In this document: positions 18,458 to 28,321 of the stretch, one piece after another
Layout of the letters: each line of letters begins with the position of its first letter
How positions within the stretch are numbered: position 1 is the first letter of the stretch
Virus record (IMG/VR): IMGVR_UViG_3300042691_050947
Length of the DNA stretch: 64,000 bases
Strand: one strand, 5' to 3'
Source: a virus
Translations under genes and position numbers: made by a program
The notes under the pieces: generated by a model
What the model saw: only the letters and a program-made list of their open reading frames with translations
Told to the model about the DNA's origin: nothing
Database searches by the model: none

Positions 18458-19462
18458 TTACCAAAGTTCGTCTTCTGACCAGTTTTCATTTTCTCCTGCT
18501 TTGGCATAATCCGTAGGTCTAATTGCAAAGAAATCCGTGTGAGTGTGTCCACCGGTAAGGTGATAGAACCAGTCCAGTTCTGATGCTGAGCCTTCACTAT
18601 AATGAAAGATAGATTCGTAGCCTAATTCGTTTAGCTTTTCGTTTGCTCTTTTTCTAATGAAGTCTTTAAGGTTTTCGGCTTTAAGGTTTTCAAGATCTCC
18701 CATTTCAAACATCTTGTCGATAAACTTAAGTTCCATATCTACCATTAGACCTGCTGCCTCTTCTACTTGAGACTGAACGGATTCTCTAAGTTCTGGATAT
18801 TCTTCACACATGTGTCTAAATAGTTGACATCCCATTTTAGAGTGAAGAGATTCGTCACGAACCGACCATTTCATCTGTTGGCCTATGCCCTTAAGCATGT
18901 TTCTCATTTGAAAGGAGTACAGGACGGCAAAGGATGAGTAGAGGGAAACCCCTTCGGCAAATGCGGAAAATATAGCGAGTGACTTTGCCGCATCTCTACG
19001 GGCATCTGATGATTCAGCTAGATCGATATGGGTGTAATCGCTAGCAGTAGATAGAAGAAATTCAAACTTATCTGCAATTGTAGGTTCATGTAAGAATGCT
19101 TTAAAATCTTCTAATCCAAGAGTTTCATTCAAGTATGAATAAGCGGTCGCATGAATTGTCTCCTGTGAACCAAAGATCATTGCCATTTGCTTGATTTCAT
19201 GTTTAGGAAACCACTTGGTCACCATGCCGGTCCAATAATCAGATACTGCACACTCAGTTTGAGCAAAACCAAGAAGAATATTTCCAACTAGATTTTTTTC
19301 TGCTGAACTCATTTTTTCGTTCCAATCTTTGATATCTCCTTGCATAGAGATCTCCGTGTGTAACCAAAATGCTTGTGCTTGTTTAAGCCATCCTTCAGTG
19401 TAATATATTGGATATTCAAAGGGTTTATATTCGATTCTTTCTTTAAAAAGGGAACTTGCCAT
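18458..19462 (-). CDS. nrdB: Ribonucleotide reductase class I beta subunit
   Basis: YKPFEYP, FWLHTE, FAQTE, ETIHATAY, AEGVSLYSSF, RDESLH, DFFAIRPTDY. Confidence 0.95.
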   Translation of the reverse strand: MASSLFKERIEYKPFEYPIYYTEGWLKQAQAFWLHTEISMQGDIKDWNEKMSSAEKNLVGNILLGFAQTECAVSDYWTGMVTKWFPKHEIKQMAMIFGSQETIHATAYSYLNETLGLEDFKAFLHEPTIADKFEFLLSTASDYTHIDLAESSDARRDAAKSLAIFSAFAEGVSLYSSFAVLYSFQMRNMLKGIGQQMKWSVRDESLHSKMGCQLFRHMCEEYPELRESVQSQVEEAAGLMVDMELKFIDKMFEMGDLENLKAENLKDFIRKRANEKLNELGYESIFHYSEGSASELDWFYHLTGGHTHTDFFAIRPTDYAKAGENENWSEDELW

Positions 19463-19613
19463 ACTCTTTTACTTATTTTTTAGACAGCGAGGCTTATACT
19501 ACTAGCATCGCTAATTGTTAAAATTTTTTAAATCACAGGTTTAATCTAGATTGAACTGAGTGGTTCTTGATTATTTATCTTGTTCTTTATTTGTATGAGA
19601 TATCTTTTTGAAA

Positions 19614-20771
19614 TTAATTTTCAGAGTCCTCAACAAATTCAAACTTTAGGCTCTTATTTAAGATATCTACCTTTGATACTTTAACGTATGGGAACCTACT
19701 TATATTTTTTTCAAGATCCTTTCTTTTTAGTGACACTTCATAATTTTCTCCATCAATATCTATTGAAATGGAGTTTTTCTTAGAATCAACATGATATAAA
19801 AATCTTCTAGACTCAGTTTTTTCTCTAAGGTTTTGCCAAGCAAGTTTTTCAGAGTTAGCATTTTCTGGATCAAGAGTAAGAACGATACGATATTGATTTC
19901 CCTTAGATGTAATGTCTTTTAGAAAAACACTTAACGAATCACCAGTCTTTAAAGTTTTTCGGATTGATTCATAATCTTTAAATTCAGTCTGATGGATGAG
20001 ACCGGTAAAGTAACCGTCGATCTCAACAAATACTCCAAAATCATAAGGCTTATTTGTAAGAATTCCAGTGTATTCTTTATTGAAGTTAAGATTCTCAATC
20101 ATGGTAGGCATCGAATGAGAAACATATTTTTTATATGATAATATGAATAGATCGTTTGCTTGATCGTAATTATCTACCATGACAGTCAAGGTTTTATTTA
20201 ACATTCCATTAAAGTTATGGATGATGTTTGCTGCTGCGTGAGACCCTGGAATAAAACACTCTATTTCTTTTTTGTATAAGGCTAGATATCCGCCTTTTAT
20301 TAATTTAGTGATGGTAACATCAAACCAAGTATTTTGAGAAAGGTGGTCAAATAACTCTTGTTTATATGATATGGAAAGAGCTCTTCTTTCAGATCCATAA
20401 TTTTCACCGTGTTTAGTAGATCGATAGATCATCACTAAAAACTCACGATCCTCTCCTTGGGATAATACGTTAATATCCTTTGAATATTCTCTAAAAGGAA
20501 CTATTATTGGAGTCTTTGAAGTAACTTCCTCAGCGTGGATTAGCTTATCATCAAATGATATTAGGTTTGCTTTTACTCGGTACACATTGTTCTCAAATAG
20601 ATCTTTTGCTGAAACTGAATCAGTTGATTCAAAATTTTGCATAATATCATATAGCTCCTGTGCATACGGCTCATGGCAATAAATTTTAACCCCTGCATTT
20701 TGGTCTTCTTGTGTAAGTCTAATATCAGTATTATATTTGCCTACTGTTTTAAAATCGTCGATTGTTGTCAT
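19614..20771 (-). CDS. Ribosomal protein S1-like protein (tandem S1 domains)
   Basis: KGGYLA..ECFIPGSH..FILSYKK and YDFGVFVEIDGYFTGLIHQTEF..LKTGD are typical bS1 repeats. Confidence 0.8.
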   Translation of the reverse strand: MTTIDDFKTVGKYNTDIRLTQEDQNAGVKIYCHEPYAQELYDIMQNFESTDSVSAKDLFENNVYRVKANLISFDDKLIHAEEVTSKTPIIVPFREYSKDINVLSQGEDREFLVMIYRSTKHGENYGSERRALSISYKQELFDHLSQNTWFDVTITKLIKGGYLALYKKEIECFIPGSHAAANIIHNFNGMLNKTLTVMVDNYDQANDLFILSYKKYVSHSMPTMIENLNFNKEYTGILTNKPYDFGVFVEIDGYFTGLIHQTEFKDYESIRKTLKTGDSLSVFLKDITSKGNQYRIVLTLDPENANSEKLAWQNLREKTESRRFLYHVDSKKNSISIDIDGENYEVSLKRKDLEKNISRFPYVKVSKVDILNKSLKFEFVEDSEN

Positions 20772-20827
20772 TATAGAATTAATTTATTAATTATACAAAA
20801 TTATTAAAATAAAGTTTTTATATGAAT

Positions 20828-20858
20828 AAAAAAAAGAGATAGTTTCCTATCTCTTTTT
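20828..20858 (-). terminator. Intrinsic terminator after groEL
   Basis: AAAAAGAGATAG-TTTC-CTATCTCTTTTT perfect stem with flanking tracts. Confidence 0.85.
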
Positions 20859-20879
20859 ATGTTTTAATATTGGTCAGTC

Positions 20880-23260
<2,381 letters not shown>

Positions 23261-23261
23261 T

Positions 23262-23996
23262 TTATGGTTGTGTCTCGAATTCTTCTACTACTGGAAGAGA
23301 TGAAAGTTTTAAAATAGCTTGAATTCCAGCAAAAACATCACGTTGACAGTACTCGGCAATTCTTTGAGTATCTTCGTCTTGCCAAAAAACTCGGCTTACT
23401 TCTTCCCCTTTGATATCGCTCTTTGGAGTCTCAAGACCAATTGATGTCACCAGTAACTCTAGAGAAACAAATCCTTCTTGCCAAGCTCCAAAGCTCCATA
23501 ATTCAGAGGTATCAATGAATGGCATTTCCCAAGGTTTAAGGTTTTGAACCTGTAAGCCCTTAGGTAGAGTCTTTCCATGAATTAAGAGTCTTTTACACAT
23601 CATCGGTATATCAAAGCGTTTGATGTTATGACCTGAAAACTTTAGGGCAGCAAACTTATCAAATACTTTTTGGATTCCATCAAGTACTTCATCCTCGTCT
23701 ACTGAGCAATAGCTTTTTAAGATCACGTTTGGATCCTCTCCAATAAAAGTTAATCGACCGAATGTAGCACAAACGATTCTGGCAAACTCTGGAGTCAAAG
23801 CGGCCTTTGATTGATATAACTCTTCATCAGTCATGTCTCGATTTTCTTCAAACCTGGAACGAAGGTATTCGCATCGCTTTGACCATAATTCTGCCATCTT
23901 TGGTTTATTGAGAGCAAGATCGTCCAGTGTTGCGTATTCTGATGCGGTTTCAAGATCAAAGAACACGACTTTTGCTAATTCTGCTGGTGTATACAT
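23262..23996 (-). CDS. Stand-alone PolB-type 3'-5' exonuclease (DNA_pol_B_exo2-like)
   Basis: FFDLET, GHNIKRFDIP, KPWEMPFIDT, EYCQRDV (DEDD); the sequence style resembles Bacteroidota homologs. Confidence 0.85.
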   Translation of the reverse strand: MYTPAELAKVVFFDLETASEYATLDDLALNKPKMAELWSKRCEYLRSRFEENRDMTDEELYQSKAALTPEFARIVCATFGRLTFIGEDPNVILKSYCSVDEDEVLDGIQKVFDKFAALKFSGHNIKRFDIPMMCKRLLIHGKTLPKGLQVQNLKPWEMPFIDTSELWSFGAWQEGFVSLELLVTSIGLETPKSDIKGEEVSRVFWQDEDTQRIAEYCQRDVFAGIQAILKLSSLPVVEEFETQP

Positions 23997-24005
23997 ATAT
24001 TGATT

Positions 24006-24125
24006 TTAATTGTTACTATCGATATCATCAGCTTTATCGATGACTCTTCTTATGGCCTCTATAGCTAAAACAATGACTAGAAAAGTCACTACCATTGCCG
24101 CTGAAATAATTACAAATGTTTTCAT
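24006..24125 (-). CDS. Small single-pass membrane protein (39 aa, not in the ORF track)
   Basis: MKTFVIISAAMVVTFLVIVLAIEAIRRVIDKADDIDSNN; hydrophobic stretch, A-rich leader, fills the intergenic gap. Confidence 0.55.
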   Translation of the reverse strand: MKTFVIISAAMVVTFLVIVLAIEAIRRVIDKADDIDSNN

Positions 24126-24143
24126 AGTTTTTATATTTTTTTA

Positions 24144-24734
24144 TTAGTCCCACCAACCTTTTATGCCGGTGCCATCAAACCATTTATCCCAAAGCTCGCT
24201 TTCACTAGATCCATTTTCTTTTGCTCTATCATAAAGCATGATGAATTGAGAATACTTTTGACCCTGTAAAATCCTAAAAAGCTCCTCAAATTCCTGTTCC
24301 TCAAGCTCATTGGATAGACTATAGATCTCACTATTTAATTTACTAGCTTCCTTAGTCTCCTTTCCTGGTTTATTTCCAAACGGACCATATGATAAATCAA
24401 TGGACCTTCCTAGTTTTTCTTCAGCTAGTTCAATATAATCAGAATCGGCTTGACGATTTAGGATCTCAATAGCTCTTTTGATTTTAGCTACTTTTTTTAA
24501 TCGAGGTCCCTCAACCTCGTTTCCATAGTGTTCTAAGGTATGTGCAAGAGGCTCAAGTGAACGAGCTAAAATTCTCATTTGATAGCTAGAATCCCAAGGT
24601 CTAAATCTCCAAATTACTTTCCAAAAGAAAAAAATATTCTTGACACCGTATGGTATATCATACCTAAAAAAATCCCAGATGCTCTTAAAAAAGTTTGGAA
24701 TAGTATACTTAAAAAAATCTTTAATTGGTTCCAT
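24144..24734 (-). CDS. Hypothetical phage protein
   Basis: 196 aa ORF; aromatic N-terminus, ends GWWD. Confidence 0.75.
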   Translation of the reverse strand: MEPIKDFFKYTIPNFFKSIWDFFRYDIPYGVKNIFFFWKVIWRFRPWDSSYQMRILARSLEPLAHTLEHYGNEVEGPRLKKVAKIKRAIEILNRQADSDYIELAEEKLGRSIDLSYGPFGNKPGKETKEASKLNSEIYSLSNELEEQEFEELFRILQGQKYSQFIMLYDRAKENGSSESELWDKWFDGTGIKGWWD

Positions 24735-24758
24735 AATTAGTGTTTATGTACTAAGTTC

Positions 24759-25268
24759 TTAGCTAAAGTCGGTCGATGTTGAAACCCTAAGCCCGTCTAC
24801 GATAAGATCAAAATATTTGCTGTGATCGTATGCATAGTCTCGATGATAGCCCTCTTTTTTCATGTGATTTAAGTAATCCTGATTGTATATAAATCCATCA
24901 GGTTCTCCCCAAGAGAGGGCCATCTGGATAAACTCCTCTACCTCTTGTTCAACTCCATATTCATCGACCACTCGACCACTACGAATGAAGGTAAGAAGCT
25001 CCTCTTTATTTGTATAATATTTGTCGCTATTGAAGTTCCAACAGAACTTCCAGCCCATGCTTCGTTTACCTAGGTGAATTGAGGTGTCTGTAATAAATTC
25101 GCTCCAGGGTGAGTGATATTCCCAGGAAGATTCACCATTTTCTAAAGTATGAAAGCCTCTCTCAATTGTCCCTAGAGAAAGATCTAATGCTTCTATTCTC
25201 TCTTGAAGTTTCTTTTTTCTCTCAAGCATCTCAGCGTGAGTAGGTATTCTATAAAAGTTTGTTCCCAT
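24759..25268 (-). CDS. Hypothetical phage protein
   Basis: MGTNFY..IHLGKRSMGWKF..IVDEYG-type pattern seen in phage hypotheticals. Confidence 0.75.
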   Translation of the reverse strand: MGTNFYRIPTHAEMLERKKKLQERIEALDLSLGTIERGFHTLENGESSWEYHSPWSEFITDTSIHLGKRSMGWKFCWNFNSDKYYTNKEELLTFIRSGRVVDEYGVEQEVEEFIQMALSWGEPDGFIYNQDYLNHMKKEGYHRDYAYDHSKYFDLIVDGLRVSTSTDFS

Positions 25269-25269
25269 A

Positions 25270-25518
25270 TTAATTTAGTGCAAATTTGTATTCTTTTTTA
25301 GTTGACTTAGAATCTTCTGTGACTCTAAATCGAGTAGCGTCATATCCGATCCACCGCATACCCATCTTGGTAACGCCTTCATTTGTGATTCCCCTGATGA
25401 TGTATACTCTTTGATCTAACATGTTATGATATTCGTTCTCAACGATATATTCTTCTCCAGCTACAACACATGCACCCTCAGGTAAGTTTTTATCGTTTAC
25501 ACAAACTACTTTTTTCAT
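25270..25518 (-). CDS. Hypothetical protein
   Basis: 82 aa ORF, translationally coupled. Confidence 0.7.
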   Translation of the reverse strand: MKKVVCVNDKNLPEGACVVAGEEYIVENEYHNMLDQRVYIIRGITNEGVTKMGMRWIGYDATRFRVTEDSKSTKKEYKFALN

Positions 25519-26012
25519 ATCCTTTTAAGTATTAAGCACTTATTAGTATCAAAGCTTGGTATGTATCGATATGTTGTGATTTTATCTCCACTACCTTTAA
25601 CTCCTTTTACTGAGCCAATTATTTTAGTTTCATCAACTACTTTTTTCATCTCAATTTCAACATTAATTTCTGTTGGTTGTAGTATCGGTTGAGTAAATTC
25701 CTCAAAAGTACCTTTATTGTATACACAAAAATCCCAAAGATTTCCCATGTCTTCCAAAGTAAACACCTTGTCTTTATTCAACTCTATTGCTTTGTTGAAT
25801 CCATTTTTCCAGATAGTTCTAAATCCATCAGGAATTGATTCTTCAGCCAACTTCTCAACATCTACAACTCCAAATATCTCATCACAGTTTTGTTTGGATA
25901 GTTTCATCTTATCTGTTACTTCTAACATAGATACATCAGTTGTTGCTATAACAAACCTTTTATCATTAATAAGCACATACTCATCATGATCTTTAATTAA
26001 TTTTCCTTTCAT
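25515..26012 (-). CDS. Hypothetical protein
   Basis: 165 aa ORF with ATGA overlaps at both ends. Confidence 0.7.
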   Translation of the reverse strand: MKGKLIKDHDEYVLINDKRFVIATTDVSMLEVTDKMKLSKQNCDEIFGVVDVEKLAEESIPDGFRTIWKNGFNKAIELNKDKVFTLEDMGNLWDFCVYNKGTFEEFTQPILQPTEINVEIEMKKVVDETKIIGSVKGVKGSGDKITTYRYIPSFDTNKCLILKRI

Positions 26013-26947
26013 ATTTTTTCAAATTCAAATTTTAACTCTTCAGTAAAAAGACCGTCATTAGCAACATATCGAAGTAGAGCCAGGTCCTTTGCTTTTGCCT
26101 CTATCTCAACATCTACGTCAAATCCATAATCTGGAATGGAGTCATATACATAATCCGCATGTGAACGATTGATTACTGATGCATCTTCGTACAGTGACTT
26201 TGAGCTAGAGAAGTGCTGAAGCGGTGTGATATCGCCCCAAGTAGAGGCAGCAAGTAGAGCTGCTTGCTCTGCTGAAATATCATTAGTACAAAACCTGTGA
26301 TGGAAATGGTCAAACGTAATTGGACAGCCGACTACTTTGTAAACTCCATTAAAAAGATCGATCACTCCAAACTGGCTTGGTTTATCATCATTTTCCACGA
26401 CCAGCCTGGCTTTGGTGGAGGGGGAGAGCCGCTTAAAGTTATCGCAAAAGCGCTCCATTGCGGAATGCTTATCGCCATAGGATCCACCTATGTGGATGTT
26501 GATGGGAAACTGGTGGCTTTTAGGAAGAAACATAAGATCCATGATTCGAGCATGCTGGTCTAGGTCGTATATCGTCTTGCTCACTACCTCGGGATTGGGG
26601 GAAGCAAGCACATCAAACTGACCTGGATGAAATGAGATTCGTAAATCGTGTTGATGAACGTACTCACCGATCCTTTTCATGATAGAACAGAGCTCAATAA
26701 AATTGGGCAGGTCTTCAAAGGAGTACTCGCTCATCCAGGGAAAGATATCACTGGACATGCGATAGACTTGAATATCGTGTGCGACGTTCCACTCAAGGAT
26801 CTTATAGAGGTCCTTTAAGTTTTGCTCGGCTAGATCGCCAGCCCTAGGCAGACCTTGCTCCAGCCAAGTCTTACGAATCATGCCACGATTAATGGTGATT
26901 CCCTGATCACGCAAGCTTAAATTTATGCAACAATATCCTAATCTCAT
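26009..26947 (-). CDS. uvsE: UV damage endonuclease (UvsE/UVDE)
   Basis: RLGYCCIN, YRMSSDIFP, RISFHPGQF, NIHIGG, LVVENDDK, FDHFHH, HADY, EAKAKD. Confidence 0.93.
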   Translation of the reverse strand: MRLGYCCINLSLRDQGITINRGMIRKTWLEQGLPRAGDLAEQNLKDLYKILEWNVAHDIQVYRMSSDIFPWMSEYSFEDLPNFIELCSIMKRIGEYVHQHDLRISFHPGQFDVLASPNPEVVSKTIYDLDQHARIMDLMFLPKSHQFPINIHIGGSYGDKHSAMERFCDNFKRLSPSTKARLVVENDDKPSQFGVIDLFNGVYKVVGCPITFDHFHHRFCTNDISAEQAALLAASTWGDITPLQHFSSSKSLYEDASVINRSHADYVYDSIPDYGFDVDVEIEAKAKDLALLRYVANDGLFTEELKFEFEKI

Positions 26948-27094
26948 GTAGTTAAGATACTAAAGTTTTTTAACTTTTAAAATTTTTTCCGTGCACGCGA
27001 GTACTACTAAAGTATCTTTATAGTAATTAATTAAAGTAATAAAGAAGTAATATTTACTATTATAGTACTAGCTAGTACTCCCACCCACCATCCC

Positions 27095-27122
27095 TATTGT
27101 ACTACCCAAAAATTTAAAGGTT
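27095..27122 (-). promoter_or_regulatory. Leftward pre-late promoter motif
   Basis: AACCTT-N13-AGTACAATA. Confidence 0.55.
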
Positions 27123-27152
27123 TTAAAGAGATAAATATTATGTAGCTTATAA

Positions 27153-27180
27153 AACTCTTAAGCTACTCCAAAGTACAATA
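27153..27180 (+). promoter_or_regulatory. Rightward pre-late promoter motif upstream of ruvC/gp55
   Basis: AACTCT-N13-AGTACAATA. Confidence 0.6.
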
Positions 27181-27210
27181 CTTCCAGGTTTTAAAAATTA
27201 TCAGTTATGA

Positions 27211-27870
27211 ATGACTATAGTCAGCATCGATTTTTCAATACTCTACCCGGGTATTTGTATTTGTAAGGATTTTAAGGAGTTTAAGTGGCTCTCTGTAGTA
27301 AACACCAAGCCTAAAAAGGCAGATCAGGAAAACCTGGACTATCTTGTACAAAACTACCCTAACATAAAAATCGAAAGGACTAACACGGTCAGAAAGACTC
27401 ATCCAGAGTATCATGTCACAGAACGTGTAAAACTGATAAACTATAAAGAACTAATCTCTAAAATCATTACTGAATTATTACACGAAGTAGGCGACGATGA
27501 AGTTATCGTTGCAATCGAAGGAATCTCATTTGGATCAAAAGGAAACTCACTAGTCGACATCTCACAATCTACAGGAATTTTAAAACACGAACTCTTAACT
27601 CAAGTACTTAAAAACAACGCAGATAGACTTTTTATCTTTAGCCCTAGTGAGCTTAAAAACGCAATTGGCTGTAAAGGAAACGCGAACAAGATGGATATTT
27701 TTAACCAGTTTAAAGAGGATCCTCAAATAGAAGCGATAAAAGATTCTGATCTATATCGCGCAGTACACAATGAGAAATGGATAGTCCAGGGAGATAAGAT
27801 ACTCTCTCCCATTATTGACATGGTAGACTCCGTATTAGGAGTAATTAAAATCTACCGGCTTTCAAAATAA
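27211..27870 (+). CDS. RuvC-like Holliday junction resolvase
   Basis: IVSIDFS..PGIC, VAIEGISFGS, PSELK..GNANK, DMVDS catalytic layout. Confidence 0.8.
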   Translation: MTIVSIDFSILYPGICICKDFKEFKWLSVVNTKPKKADQENLDYLVQNYPNIKIERTNTVRKTHPEYHVTERVKLINYKELISKIITELLHEVGDDEVIVAIEGISFGSKGNSLVDISQSTGILKHELLTQVLKNNADRLFIFSPSELKNAIGCKGNANKMDIFNQFKEDPQIEAIKDSDLYRAVHNEKWIVQGDKILSPIIDMVDSVLGVIKIYRLSK

Positions 27871-27880
27871 TCAAGCAAAA

Positions 27881-28279
27881 ATGGCTAGAAAAAAGAAAGG
27901 GGACACCCACTACATTAACAACAAAGAATTTACTGCAGATATCATAGAATGCAAAAAGGCGGGTGAACTATCAGATTACTCAGTAAACTGCTTTATCTCC
28001 CTTGCAAACAGAGCGGCAGACCGTCTTTACTTTAAAGACTATCGAGACAGGGAAGACTGCATTCAGTCAGCGATCCTAGACTGTTTAAAATACTGGAAAA
28101 GCTTTGATGAGTCTAAGATGATCTCACCCAATGCGTTTGCGTATTTTACTCAAATTTGTAAAAACGGCTACGCAAAAGAGTGGAAAAAGATTCATAAAAA
28201 GACGGGGCTTGACGCTGATGAGACTCTTGAATTTATCTCAATTAATTCAAGCGGAGAAAATTCAGTATACAGTATATAA
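27881..28279 (+). CDS. Late transcription sigma factor, T4 gp55-like (short)
   Basis: HYINNKEF, REDCIQ, NAFAYFTQIC motifs of gp55. Confidence 0.82.
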   Translation: MARKKKGDTHYINNKEFTADIIECKKAGELSDYSVNCFISLANRAADRLYFKDYRDREDCIQSAILDCLKYWKSFDESKMISPNAFAYFTQICKNGYAKEWKKIHKKTGLDADETLEFISINSSGENSVYSI

Positions 28280-28292
28280 GTTTATTAAATCT

Positions 28293-28300
28293 AATAAATA
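28293..28300 (+). promoter_or_regulatory. Late promoter candidate
   Basis: AATAAATA 21 nt before the first structural gene; same motif at 31341, 47247 and 50207. Confidence 0.55.
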
Positions 28301-28321
28301 AGATAAAGCTAACTAACGCTA

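Larger units (their letters stand above)
26948..27210. other. Divergent intergenic switch region; candidate origin/regulatory hub
   Basis: Largest non-coding gap; gene orientation flips; perfect 16-bp palindrome AGTACTAGCTAGTACT at 27064-27079; many AGTA/TACT units; back-to-back promoter motifs. Confidence 0.5.

Noticed and set aside
26948-27210. tRNA or structured ncRNA in the largest intergenic gap
   Set aside because: No cloverleaf, T-loop GTTCRA or long GC stems recognised
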